NCBI GenBank assembly: GCA_963743855.1
Contig: CAVURK010000006.1
Coordinates: forward strand, 36,234 to 100,233
DNA length: 64,000 nt
From: an uncultured Chloroflexia bacterium
GTDB lineage: Bacteria > Chloroflexota > Limnocylindria > Limnocylindrales > CSP1-4
Reading direction: 5' to 3'
Numbering within the stretch: the first letter of the stretch is position 1; each line of letters opens with the position of its first letter. The notes under the pieces were generated by a model. It worked only from the letters and a program-made list of their open reading frames with translations. It ran no database searches and was not told the DNA's origin. The translations under genes were made by a program, and so were the position numbers. Shown here in pieces: positions 22,663 through 33,485 of the stretch.

Positions 22663-24046
22663 ATGGTCTCCACCGATGGCGCCCGATCGCCCCACCGGGT
22701 CACGGTCGTGGGCGGCGGGTTCGCCGGCCTCTACGCTGCTCGCGGCCTCGGGATCGATCCCGAAGTCCGGGTGACGCTCGTCGATCGGCGCAACTTCCAC
22801 CTCTTCCAGCCGCTGCTCTACCAGGTCGCGACGGGCGCCCTGTCACCGGGCGACATCGCGCAGCCGCTGCGCTCCGTGCTGCGCAAGCAGCGCAACACGA
22901 CGGTCGTCCTTGGCGAGGCGATCGGGCTCGACCTCGACAAGCGCGAGGTCCTGCTGGCGGACGGCGGGCCGATCGGCTACGACACGCTGATCGTCGCGAC
23001 CGGCGCCCATCACTCCTACTTCGACCATCCCGAGTGGGCGGCGTTCGCCCCCGGGCTCAAGTCGATGGAGGACGCGACCGAGATCCGCCGCCGGATCCTG
23101 ATCGCCTTCGAGGCGGCCGAACGCGAGGCCGATCCCGAGCGCCGGCGCGCGTGGATGACCTTCGTGCTCGTCGGGGGCGGGCCGACCGGCGTCGAGCTCG
23201 GGGGCGCGCTCGGCGAGATCGCCCACGACACGCTCCGACGCGACTTCCGCTCGATCCGCTCGGGCGAGGCGCGGATCATCCTGGTCGAGGCGATGGACCG
23301 GATCCTGCCGACCTATCCGGCCGATCGGTCGGCGTCGGCGCAGCGGCAGCTCGAGCGTCTCGGTGTCGAGGTGCGCACGAAGACGAAGGTCGTCGACATC
23401 GACGAGGCGACCGTCCGGGTCGATCGGCCCGGACGGGACGCCCGACGAGATCCCGACCCGGACCGTGCTGTGGGCGGCCGGCGTCCTCGCCTCGCGCTTC
23501 GGGCGCTCCGTGGCGGAGGCGACGGGCGCCACCACCGACCGCGCCGGCCGGGTGATCGTCGAGCCCGACCTGACGATCCCGGGGCACCCGGAGATCTTCG
23601 TCGTTGGCGACGCCGCGGTCGAGCCCTGGAAGCCCGGCAAGCCGACGCCGGGTGTCGCCCAGGGCGCGATCCAGGGCGGCAGCTACGCCGCGAAGGCGAT
23701 CCGGCGGCGGGTCCTCGATCGGCCGGTCGAGCCCTTCGCCTACAGCGACCACGGCGACGTGGCGGTCATCGGCCGGCTCGCCGGCGTGACCAACATCGGC
23801 TGGCTCGGGCCATTCGGGCGCCAGAGCGGGTTCATCGCCTGGGCGCTCTGGCTCGGGATCCACATCTTCTACCTGATCGGTTTCTCCAACCGGATCGTCG
23901 TCCTCGTCCGCTGGGCCTGGACCTTCGTGACCCACGGCCGCGGAACGCGCCTGATCACGGGCAGCCAGCTCCTCCCGCCGATCGAGGAGCCCGAGCCGCC
24001 GGTCCTCGCGCCGATGGAGGCGGACGGCGAGACGCCCGGCGGGTAG
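22663..24046 (+). CDS. ndh: type II NADH:quinone oxidoreductase (frameshift near 23425)
   Basis: VVGGGFAG, HLFQPLLYQVATG, VGGGPTGVELGG, LWAAGV, FVVGD, PGVAQGAIQ, WLGIHIFYLIGFSNR. Confidence 0.9.
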
Positions 24047-24061
24047 GGGCGGGCGCCGGCC

Positions 24062-25450
24062 TCAGCCGGCCGCCGGCACCTCGAGCAGGAAGGTCGTGCC
24101 GTCCGGTCCGGTCCGCTCGACGCCGATCCGCCCGCCGCTCGCCGCGAGCAGCTCGCGGGCGATCGTCAGCCCGAGCCCGAGACCGGTCGGCCGGCCGGTC
24201 GACGGATCGGTCGCGCGCGACGTGTCGGCCCGGTAGAAACGCTCGAAGACGTGGGTCACGTCGTCCGGCGCCGATGCCCGGGCCGTGGTCGGTGACGCGG
24301 ATCCGGACGATGCTCCCGTCGCGTCCCGCGCTGACCGCCACGACACCGCCGACCGGGCTGTGGACGAGCGCGTTGGCGACCACGTTGCGGACGGCGCGGG
24401 CGAGGTGACCCGGATCCGCCCAGGCGACCGTGCCGGGGCTGACGTCCACGTCCAGGCTCGCCGACCGATCCCGCCTGCGGCCCGTCGAGCGCGAGCGCGA
24501 TCTCCGGGATCGCGGTCGTCAGGTCGACCGCGGCGGGCCTGGCCTGGAGCGGTGCCGCCTCGGCCCGCGCCAGGTCGTCGATGTCGGCCACGACCCCGCC
24601 GAGCGCGGCCGCCGCCGAGCGCGCCGCCTCGAGACCCGCGATGTCGTTCGGGACGACCCCGTCGATCATCGCCTGGAGCTGGGACTCGAGGACCGTGGCG
24701 GGCGTGGCCAGATCGTGGGCGATGTCGCTTGCCGCGCGGCGGCGGAGCATCTCGGAGCGTTCGAGCCGGTCGGCCATCGCGTTGAACGCCTCGGCCAGCT
24801 CGGTCGATTCCTGGTCGTCGCCGCCGGTCGCCCGGGCGCTCGCGTCGCCGGCCTCGAGCCGACGAGCCGCCGCGGCGACGTCCCGCAACGGGCGGGTGAG
24901 CCGGCCGGCGATCGACGTCGAGACGAAGCACGATCCCGAGCACGCTGACGAGTCCCGCGACCGCGAGCGTGGCATTGAACACCGGCAGGAAGCCGCGGTC
25001 GCCGGCCCGTGCCGGGATATCCGCCTCGAGCGTGGCGACGGGCTGGCCGTCGAGCTCGATCGGGGTCGAATAGGTCGTGACGTCGCCCGTCGGGGCCTTG
25101 CCGTACGCCGCCAGCGTCGTGCCGTCGGTCGAGACGACCCGGACCTCGCCACCGAGCGTGTTGGCGAGGCGCATCACCAGCGCCTGGGCACGGACCAGCC
25201 CGGCCGGGCGCGCCAGGCGATCGGCGAGGGTCACCGCCGCGTCGTCGAGCCGCTGTTGCTGCTGGTCGGTCAGGACGGTCTGGTAGCTCGTGCTGACGAC
25301 GCGATTGACCACGACACCGACGAGCAGCAGGACCGCCACGACCGCGATCCCGAGCAGCAGCCCGAGCCGCCAGGCCAGCGATCGATGGGTCTTCGGCGTG
25401 CGGATGCGTCGCTCGGCGGCGGCGCGGCGATCGGTGGCGGATCCGGTCAC
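24062..25450 (-). CDS. HAMP-containing sensor histidine kinase, BaeS-like (several frameshifts)
   Basis: Two TM segments, HAMP (LAEAFNAMADRL), H-box DIAHDLATP, NVVANAL, DHGPGI, VFERFYRAD, GLGLGL. Confidence 0.87.
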   Translation of the reverse strand: MTGSATDRRAAAERRIRTPKTHRSLAWRLGLLLGIAVVAVLLLVGVVVNRVVSTSYQTVLTDQQQQRLDDAAVTLADRLARPAGLVRAQALVMRLANTLGGEVRVVSTDGTTLAAYGKAPTGDVTTYSTPIELDGQPVATLEADIPARAGDRGFLPVFNATLAVAGLVSVLGIVLRLDVDRRPAHPPVAGRRRGGSSARGRRRERPGDRRRRPGIDRAGRGVQRDGRPARTLRDAPPPRGKRHRPRSGHARHGPRVPAPGDDRRGRPERHRGSRGGALGGGRARRGRGRHRRPGAGRGGTAPGQARRGRPDDRDPGDRARARRAAGGIGRRAWTWTSAPARSPGRIRVTSPAPSATWSPTRSSTARSAVSWRSARDATGASSGSASPTTARASAPDDVTHVFERFYRADTSRATDPSTGRPTGLGLGLTIARELLAASGGRIGVERTGPDGTTFLLEVPAAG

Positions 25451-26207
25451 GAGCCGTCCCGCGATGCGACGAGGCGGTAGCCGGTCTGCGGGATCGTCTC
25501 GATCAGCCATGGGCTCGCGGCGTCGTCGCCGAGCTTGCGTCGGAGGTTCGCGACGTGGACGTCGATGACCCGGTCGTAGACCTCGTCGGGCCGGCGGGTC
25601 ACGACCTCGAGCAGCTGGTCGCGGCTGAGCACCGCGCCGGGGCGTCGGGCGAGCGCCGCCAGCAGCCCGATCTCGCCTGGCGTCAGGCGGCCCCGGATGG
25701 GCGTCGCCTCGCCGGTCCGGACCAGCGTGAAGCGCCGGCTCGCCCGATCGACGACGAGCCGGCCGGCGTCGAAGGAGAGCGGTGGCTCGTCCGTCGGCGG
25801 CGTCGCCCCAGGCTTGCCCGGCCCGCCGCCCGCGGCGCGACTGCGGCGCAGGATCGCCGCGACCCGCGCGGTCAGCTCGTGCGGGTTGAACGGCTTGGCG
25901 AGGTAGTCGTCGGCACCCATCCGCAGGCCGGCGATCCGCTCGACGTCGCTGCGCTTGGCCGAGGCGATCAGGACCGGTGTGTCGCCGCGTTCGCGGATCG
26001 CCGCGAGGACCGCCTCGCCGTTCGATGCCCGGGAAGCATCAGGTCGAGGACGACGAGGTCGATCGGCTCGGCGTCGAAGGCCGCGATCGCCACCCGGCCG
26101 TCGGTCACGACGGTGACGGCGTGCCCGTCGCGCTCGAGGTAGAGCCGGAGGAGCTCGCCGAGGCGTGGTTCGTCCTCGACGACCAGGATCCGGGCGCGCG
26201 CGACCAT
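25447..26207 (-). CDS. OmpR-family response regulator (frameshift near 26025)
   Basis: ILVVEDE, LVVLDLMLP, GADDYLAKPF, winged helix RVIDVHVANLRRKL..TIPQTGY. Confidence 0.9.
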
Positions 26208-26231
26208 GGGCGCATCCTAGCCCGACCCACA

Positions 26232-26258
26232 TCAAGGAAACGTGAAGGTCGTTCATGG
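26232..26258 (-). promoter_or_regulatory. direct-repeat box upstream of the OmpR regulator promoter
   Basis: Minus strand ccatga-N4-ccttca-N5-ccttga-N12-TAGGAT-N6-ATG. Confidence 0.5.
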
Positions 26259-26506
26259 TCCGTGCCGGTTGGCTGGTCTGCGGACATCGGCCGCCCGCCA
26301 TGACGGCACATCGCCGCGTTGTCGCTTCCGCTCGGACGCTCACGCACCTTTGGGTGCGCTCGCGTCCGTGCTCGGCTCCGCCTTGCGCTGCACCATCCTG
26401 GTGGGCGGATTCTCGGTTCGGGCGTGCACATACGTTCTTGACACGGCCGACCGTATGGTTGCCACCTGACGCGGCCACGATGGCCTCACCTCCGAGGATC
26501 AACCCG

Positions 26507-27262
26507 ATGCCTTCGCTCCGAACTGCCGGCCTGGCCGGCCTCCTGGTCGCCGCCTCGCTGGTTGGTGGGACCATCATCGGGTCCGTGGCGGCCGCGACGG
26601 CCCCGCCCGCGCCGCAGGCCCTCCCGGCTTCCGCGGCTGCTTCGAGCGCGCCTCCGGACCGGACCGCCAAGGTCGCCGAATACTGCGCGGCGTTCCGAAA
26701 GGCGTTCGCCGCCGACCTCGGCGTCGATGAATCGGCGCTCGCACCGGCTGCCAAGAAGGCAGCGCTCGCGACGATCGACGCCGCGGTCGCCGCCGGCGAG
26801 CTGCCGGCAGCGGCCGGCGACCGCCTGAAGGCCAGGATCGACGCCGCCGACGCGGACGGCTGTCCGTTGCTCGCGGGCCGGGTCGGTCGGATCGCGGCGG
26901 CTGCCGGTGCCGGCACTGCCGGCCGGGTGACCAAGGCGGCGCTCGGCGTCGTCAAGGACGGGGTCACCGCCGCCGCGAAGGCGCTCGGCATCACCCCGGC
27001 CGAGCTCGGCTCGATGCTGCGGAACGGTCAGACGCTGAAGGACGTGGCTGGCACCAGGAACGTGCCGTACGAGTCGGTCACGGCGGCCGTGGTCGCGGCG
27101 GTCAAGGCGGACCTCGATGCGGCGGTGGCCGCCGGGACGATCAAGCAGGCCCGCGCCGACCGGGTCCTCGCCAAGCTCCAGGCGAACCTGGCCGACGGCC
27201 GGCTGAGGGCCGCACCGCCGGCCGCGCCCGCGGCATCCGCGGCACCGTCCAACGGCGGCTGA
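26507..27262 (+). CDS. secreted Ala-rich helical hypothetical protein, divergent from the two-component system
   Basis: Signal-like GLAGLLVAASLVGGTIIGSVAA; two repeated helical units (..IDAAVAAGELPAAAGD.. and ..LDAAVAAGTIKQARAD..); AAKALGITPAEL..GQTLKDVA. Confidence 0.72.
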   Translation: MPSLRTAGLAGLLVAASLVGGTIIGSVAAATAPPAPQALPASAAASSAPPDRTAKVAEYCAAFRKAFAADLGVDESALAPAAKKAALATIDAAVAAGELPAAAGDRLKARIDAADADGCPLLAGRVGRIAAAAGAGTAGRVTKAALGVVKDGVTAAAKALGITPAELGSMLRNGQTLKDVAGTRNVPYESVTAAVVAAVKADLDAAVAAGTIKQARADRVLAKLQANLADGRLRAAPPAAPAASAAPSNGG

Positions 27263-27271
27263 CCAGGGGCA

Positions 27272-28383
27272 TCACTCGAAGACGATCGACCTGGCGGAGG
27301 CCCGCGCCCGCCCGCAGCCGGTCGAAGGCGCCCTCGAGGCCGTCGAGACCGATCCGCCGGTCGATGAGCCGCTCGACCGGCAGCTGACCGGCCAGGTGCA
27401 GCGCCGCGTAGCGCGGGAAATCGACCGCCGGTTCGGCGAAGCCGTAGTTGGAGCCGAGGATCCGGCGGCTGCCGTCGACGAACGGATAGACGGCGAACGA
27501 TGCCCGTGCGTCGAACGGGGTCATCCCGACGAGGACCGCCGTCCCGCCGAGCGGGAGGCAGTCGATCGCAAGCTCGACGGTCGCGACCCGGCCGATCGCC
27601 TCGAACGCATAGTCGGGACCGCCGTCGGTCAGCTCGCGCAGCGCCTCGATCGTGGCAGCCCGGTCATCGCCCGCGATGAGCCCGTCCGTCGCACCGACGG
27701 CGCGGGCCGCGTCGAGCTTGTCCGCCACGCGATCGATCGCGACGATCCGCGACGCCCCGGCCAGGACCGCACCCATGACGCATGACAGGCCGACGCCGCC
27801 GAGCCCGATGACCGCGACGCTCGAGCCCGGCCGGACCTCGGCGGTCTTGAGCACGGCCCCGACCCCGGTCGACACGCAGCAGCCGATCAGGGCCGCGACG
27901 GCCGGGTCGACGCCGTCGGGGAGCGCGATCGCGGCGGCCTCCGGGACGACGGTCGCCCCGGCCATCGTCCCGATCCCGCAATAGGACAGGACGCGCTCGC
28001 CATCGGCCGCGGTCAGGACGGTCGCCCCGTCCGGCATCCGGTGACGGAACGACGGCGAGTCGGGGCAGGCCCACGGGCGACCCGAGCGGCACGATCGGCA
28101 CGTGCCGCACGGCACCAGCCACGAGAGCGCGACCGGCTGGCCGACGGCGAGGGAGCGGACGCCGGGCCCGACCGCCTCGATCACGCCGGCGCCCTCGTGA
28201 CCCATGGCGATCGGCGTCGGGCGCGGCCACTCGCCGTCACGGACGTGCAGGTCCGAGTGGCAGACGCCCGAGGCGAGGATCCGGACCCGGACCTCGCCGG
28301 CGCGCGGCTCGGCGAGCGTCGAGCGTCTCGACCGTCGTCGGCTGGCCGAGCGTCCGCAGGACCGCGGCGCGGGTCGCGGTCAC
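27272..28383 (-). CDS. Zn-dependent alcohol dehydrogenase, MDR family (frameshifts near both ends)
   Basis: GVCHSDLH, GHEGAG, CGTCRSC-x7-C structural zinc site, GCCVSTG, GLGGVG; GTGA overlap with the malic enzyme stop. Confidence 0.88.
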
Positions 28384-30122
28384 GTCTCGGTGACGCGCCG
28401 GCGCTCGGCGTGGCGGGCCGGCTCGTAGGGGACGTAGGCCGGCCACCACATCGCGCCGTCGACGAGGGCGTCGATGTCCTCGTCTGCCGGGACACCGGCC
28501 AGGCCGGCCGCGACGGCCTCGCCCGCGACGGCGACCGCGATCGAGCGTGTCACCGACCGCAGGTCGCCGACCGGCGGGTAGATCGCCCCGCTCGCCAGCC
28601 GGGCGTCGGTGACCGCTGCCTCGAGAGTCCGCGCCGCCAGCAGGAACATCCGGTCGGTCACCGCCGAGGCTTCGGCCGCGATCGCCCCCAGGCCCAGACC
28701 CGGGAAGACGAAGACGTTGTTCGCCTGGCCGACGGCGTGCGTGCGCCCGTCGACCTCGACGTCCGCGAACGGCGAGCCGGTGGCGACGATGGCGCGGCCG
28801 GCCGTCCAGCGCATGATGTCGATCGGTGTGGCCTCTGCGTTCGAGGTCGGGTTGGAGAGCGGCATCACCATCGGACGCTCGACCCCGGTCGCGACCGCCC
28901 GCAGGATCGCTTCGTCGAACGTCCCGCCGATCCCGGTCGTGCCGACGATGACGGTCGGTCGAACGCGCTCGACGGTCTCGAGCGCGGATGGGAACTCCGT
29001 CGAGAAGCCGTAGCCGCTATAGGCGGCGGCCGGGAGCGCCAGCTCGCTCTTGGTCGCGTCGAGGTCCTCGCGGCGGTCGTGGACCTGTCCGCGCGAATCG
29101 ACCAGGACGAGCGCGCGTCGCGCGTCTGCCTCGGAGATCCCGGCCTCGAGCATCGCCAGGCGGAGGAGCCGCGCGATCCCGATCCCGGCGGCACCGGCCC
29201 CGACCAGCACGACTCGCGTGTCGGCCAGGGTCATGGACAGGCCGCGCAGCCCGGCGAGCACGCCCGCGACGACCACCGCGGCCGTCCCCTGGATGTCGTC
29301 GTTGAACGACGGGACTCGCGCCCGGTAGCGATCGAGGATCCGCAGCGCGTTGGCCTGCTTGAAGTCCTCCCACTGGATGATGCAGCCCGGCCACACCTCG
29401 GCCACGCCCGCCACGAACGCCTCGACGAGGTCGTCGTAGGCGGGTCCGCGCAGCCGCGGCGCTCGGTGGCCGAGGTAGAGCGGATCGGCCAGCAGCGCCG
29501 GGTTGTCGGTCCCGACGTCGAGCGAGACCGGCAGGGTGAGAGCCGGATGGATGCCGCTGGCCGCCGTGTAGAGCGCGAGCTTGCCGATCGGGATGGCCAT
29601 CCCGCCGGCGCCCTGGTCGCCGAGCCCGAGGATGCGTTCGTTGTCGGTCACCACGATCAGCCGGACGTCCTCGTACGGGCCCTGGCGCAGGAGCTGCGGG
29701 ATCCGATCGCGGTCGGCCGGCGTGATCCAGACCCCGCGCGTCCGCCGGATGATGTGGCTGAACTCCTGGACCGCCCGGCCGACCGTCGGGGTGTAGACGA
29801 TCGGCAGGAACTCCTCGAGGTGCTCGGCGAGGAGCCGGTAGAAGAGGGTCGCGTTGCGATCCTGGAGGGCGGCCAGCCCGATGTACTGCTCGAGCGCGTC
29901 GTCCTTGTGATGGAGGTGCTCGAGCTCGAGCTCGATCTGCTCCTCGATGGTCAGGATCCGATCGGGCAGCAGCCCGCGCAGCCGGAAGGCGTCTCGCTCG
30001 GCGTCCGTGAAGGCCAGGTCCTTGGTCAGCAGCCGGCTGCCGAGCAGGCCTGGACCGGTCAACGCGATCGAGGCGGGGAGGCCGGCCGCGATCGCGTCGT
30101 AGGGTGGCGGGAGCGGTCGCAC
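28380..30122 (-). CDS. maeA: NAD-dependent malic enzyme
   Basis: PIVYTPTVG, IVVTDNERILGLGDQG, GKLALY, QWEDF, FNDDIQGT, GAGAAG, PLSNPT, GQANN. Confidence 0.93.
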   Translation of the reverse strand: MRPLPPPYDAIAAGLPASIALTGPGLLGSRLLTKDLAFTDAERDAFRLRGLLPDRILTIEEQIELELEHLHHKDDALEQYIGLAALQDRNATLFYRLLAEHLEEFLPIVYTPTVGRAVQEFSHIIRRTRGVWITPADRDRIPQLLRQGPYEDVRLIVVTDNERILGLGDQGAGGMAIPIGKLALYTAASGIHPALTLPVSLDVGTDNPALLADPLYLGHRAPRLRGPAYDDLVEAFVAGVAEVWPGCIIQWEDFKQANALRILDRYRARVPSFNDDIQGTAAVVVAGVLAGLRGLSMTLADTRVVLVGAGAAGIGIARLLRLAMLEAGISEADARRALVLVDSRGQVHDRREDLDATKSELALPAAAYSGYGFSTEFPSALETVERVRPTVIVGTTGIGGTFDEAILRAVATGVERPMVMPLSNPTSNAEATPIDIMRWTAGRAIVATGSPFADVEVDGRTHAVGQANNVFVFPGLGLGAIAAEASAVTDRMFLLAARTLEAAVTDARLASGAIYPPVGDLRSVTRSIAVAVAGEAVAAGLAGVPADEDIDALVDGAMWWPAYVPYEPARHAERRRVTET

Positions 30123-30164
30123 CGCACGAGGATACCGGCGCGCGACGCCCTCGGTGGGTGGTCG

Positions 30165-30602
30165 TCAGCCACCGGTCACCACGACCGTCCCGACCATCCC
30201 GTAGGCCTCGTGACCGGGCAGGTGGCAGATGTACAGGTATGTCCCGGGTGTCGAGAACGTCACGGTCGTCTCCTTGGTCGCACCGGCCGGGATGGTCACC
30301 TCGGTCGGACGGGAGTCGTGGACCGGCTCCGTCCCGGTTCGGTGGCGCTCGTGGAGGGCGGCATCGCCGACGATCCATTCGTGGTCGATCGGATCCTCGT
30401 TCTTGAGCACGATCCGGACCGGGACCCCGGCCGGGACGGTGAACTCGCCGAGCCCGTAGTGCGAGTAGTGGATCGGGATCTCGATGTCGGACGCCCCGAG
30501 CCCGGACGGGTGCGACCAGGCCGCGGCGACGCCCGCGAGGCCGAGCGACAGCGCGATGCTGGCGATCAGCGCGAACCGTCCGGGGCGCCCTCGGGTGCGC
30601 AT
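30165..30602 (-). CDS. secreted cupredoxin (type-1 copper, CopI/plastocyanin-like)
   Basis: Signal peptide; His in DHEW; C-x4-H-x4-M in YICHLPGHEAYGM; extra HERH segment. Confidence 0.82.
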   Translation of the reverse strand: MRTRGRPGRFALIASIALSLGLAGVAAAWSHPSGLGASDIEIPIHYSHYGLGEFTVPAGVPVRIVLKNEDPIDHEWIVGDAALHERHRTGTEPVHDSRPTEVTIPAGATKETTVTFSTPGTYLYICHLPGHEAYGMVGTVVVTGG

Positions 30603-30615
30603 GGCAGCCACCCGA

Positions 30616-31684
30616 TCAGGCGACGGTCATCGGCGGCCGCCGCCGGATCAGCAGGAGGATCCCGCCGATCCCGCCGACGATGAACGTGAGGCCGACGATC
30701 GCGCGGACGACGTCGAGGGTGGCCGCGGGAACGACGGTCGCCCCCGGCAGGTCGAGGCCGGCCATCACCCGCGACGGGGCACCGGCGCCCGAGGCGTCGA
30801 TGGCGAGATCGAACCCGAGCTGCGCCGGCGCCGCATCGATCCCGATCTTGGTCAGCCATGCGGATGACGGTATCCAGCTCATCCCGCGATCCGAGCGCAG
30901 GTCGTCGAGGAGCGACTGGGTCGCCGGTGCGCTGTGCTCGAGCGCGAGTCCGTCCGTGCCGGTCGGTGCGGGCAGCAGGGCAGGCGACCGGTCGGTCAGC
31001 AGGTAGACATCGGCGGTGACGCGCTCGGCCGGCGTCTTGCCGAGGGCAAGGATGCGCAGGGGGACCCATGGGTTGGCCGTCGGGATCGTGATGTGGACCG
31101 GTGTCCCGTCACCGACCGCCTGGCCACGCGCCGCTGCGGCGTCGGCATCGAAGACGGCCGCCAGGAAGATCGGCGAGCGCGCCGCGTAGAAGTCGAGCAC
31201 CTCGGGTGCGTCGGGCGGAAGGCGGAAGCCGTGCGCGGTGGCCCATTGCCCGACAGCCGCCGAGCCGCCGCGCAGGACCGTGATGTCAAGTGCGTCGATC
31301 CGGACCTTCATGATCTCTTCGGCTGCCCCTGCTGCATTGAGACGTCCGTCCGCCGCGGCGAACGCAGGGACCGGGATCCGTCTCGCGGACGAGCCGCTGG
31401 AGCGTCCAGTCGCCGCCTTTCTCGACGCTCGACGGGACGCCGGGGAGTGGCGTCAGCGACCCGAACGCACCGCCACCGCCGGCGAACTGGAAGGCGGTCA
31501 CGTAGTGCTCCTGGCCGTCGTGATAAGCGGCGAGGGTCGTCGTCTGGAGGAGGTTGACCGCGCCGTTCGGCCCGATCAGGCCGCCGCACGCGAGAGCCGG
31601 GCCTGCCGACAGGGCGATGACCAGGGCCGCCGCCCCAAGAGCCAGGGAACGCCGGGCCGCGACCCGCTTGATCGATCGGTGCAT
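30616..31684 (-). CDS. DUF2330-family secreted, C-terminally anchored protein (frameshifts near 31340-31375)
   Basis: Signal peptide ending ALACGG, FGSLTPLP..P, LDITVL, QWATAHGF, WVPLRI, C-terminal TM followed by RRR. Confidence 0.72.
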
Positions 31685-31851
31685 CGTCGATCTCCTCGTG
31701 GGCGACCGGCCTGCGCGACCGGTCCTGTTGCGCCCCAAGACTCCGTGTCGGCTGCTTGTGTTCCCTGCGCTCTCCGACGGCGCCCGGTCCGGGGCGCCAC
31801 TAGCCCCATCGCGGGATACGGGACCGTCCCGTGGCGTGTCAGAGTGCGCAG

Positions 31852-33485
31852 ATGCATCCGCGCGTTCCGCGCCCCGCGATCGGGCTCCCCAGCGCCCTCG
31901 CCATCGGCTTCGCCCTCGCGCTCACGAGCCTGTCGTGGGGCATCTCCGCGAAGCCGGCCGCCGCCGCGGACTTCCCGTCCTACGACTCGGGCTACCACAC
32001 CTACGCCGAGATGGTCACCGAGATCATGGCCGCGCAGGCCGCCCACCCGGACCTCGTCGCGGTCCACTCGATCGGCAAGAGCTACGACGGCCGCGACATC
32101 TGGGTCGCCAAGGTCTCCGACAACGTGGCGACCGACGAGAACGAGCCCGAGGTCCTGTTCGATTCGCTCCATCACGCCCGAGAGCACCTGTCGCTCGAAC
32201 AGAACCTGGCGATCCTGCGCTGGCTGACCGAGGGCTATGGCACCGACAGCCGGATCACCGATCTGGTCAACACGCGCGAGATATGGATCGTCTTCGCCGT
32301 CAACCCCGATGGCGCCGAATACGACCTGACCGGTTCGCCGTTCCGCAACTGGCGCAAGAACCGCCAGCCGAACCCGGGCTCGACCGCGATCGGGACCGAC
32401 CTCAACCGCAACTATGGGTATGACTGGGCGTGCTGCGGTGGGTCGTCAGCGTCCAAGTCCTCGGATACGTATCACGGTTCGAGCGCGTTCTCGACCCCCG
32501 AGACACGCGCGATGCGCGATTTCATCCAGAGCCGGCGGATCGGCGGCGTCCAGCAGATCAAGACGGCGATCACGTTCCACACCGCCGGCGAGCAGGTCCT
32601 CTGGCCGTACGGCCACACCATGACCGACATCCCGGCGGACATGACGACCGACGACCACGCCGCGCTCGTCGCGCTGGGCAAGCACATGGCGGCGAGCAAC
32701 GGCTACACGGCGATGCAGTCGAGCAGCCTGTACATCACCGATGGCGACGAGATCGACTGGGCGTATGGCGCCGAGCACATCTTCATGTACACCTTCGAGC
32801 TCTACCCGAGCCACAGCCAGGTCAGCACGAACGCACGGTTCTATCCGCCCGATGAGGTCATCGGGCCGCAGACGGAGCGGAACAAGGCGGCGATCCTGTA
32901 CCTGATCCAGGCTGCCGGCTGCCCGTATACGCTGATCGGCAAGGCGACCCAGGACTGCGGACCGATGTACGACACGTTCGAGACCTACGGCGGCTGGATC
33001 GCCAACCCACTCGGCACCGATACCGCGACCGGGGGTGCGCTGGCAGCGTGGCAACCCCACCCCGACGAGCCGCCAGGCCGGGACCGTCACGTCGGGCTCC
33101 CGAGCTCTCGTGACCGGTCCGATGGCGGGCTCGTCAGTCGACCTCCTTCGACGTGGACGGTGGGGTCACGACCATCCGCTCGGTGCCGATCACGCTCGGC
33201 GCCCAGACCGGGTCGCTGACGTTCCGCTATTACCTGGCCCACAGCTCGAACTCGTCGGTGATGGACTACTTCCGGGCGTATGTCGAGGACGCGGCCGGGC
33301 ACCGTACGGTCGTCCGCGAGGAGCGCGGAACGGCGAAGACGGACCTGCCGAGCTGGTCGACCGCGTCGATCTCGCTGACGCGGTGGGCGGGTCAGACGAT
33401 CCGCATCGTCTTCGCCGCTGCCGATCTCGGTCGCGCGAGCACGGTCGAGGCGGCGGTGGACGACGTCCGCGTCACCCGCCCGTAA
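31852..33485 (+). CDS. secreted M14 zinc carboxypeptidase (carboxypeptidase T-like) with C-terminal beta domain (frameshifts near 33036 and 33145)
   Basis: HAREH, NPDG, WRKNR, DLNRNY, TFH and TFEL motifs; the tail continues in other frames to ..[13 protein letters not shown]. Confidence 0.88.

Noticed and set aside
26426-26437. LexA-like box GCAC-ATAC-GTTC
   Set aside because: It has a mismatch in the core, no SOS gene is adjacent, and the OmpR-type repeat explains the site better.
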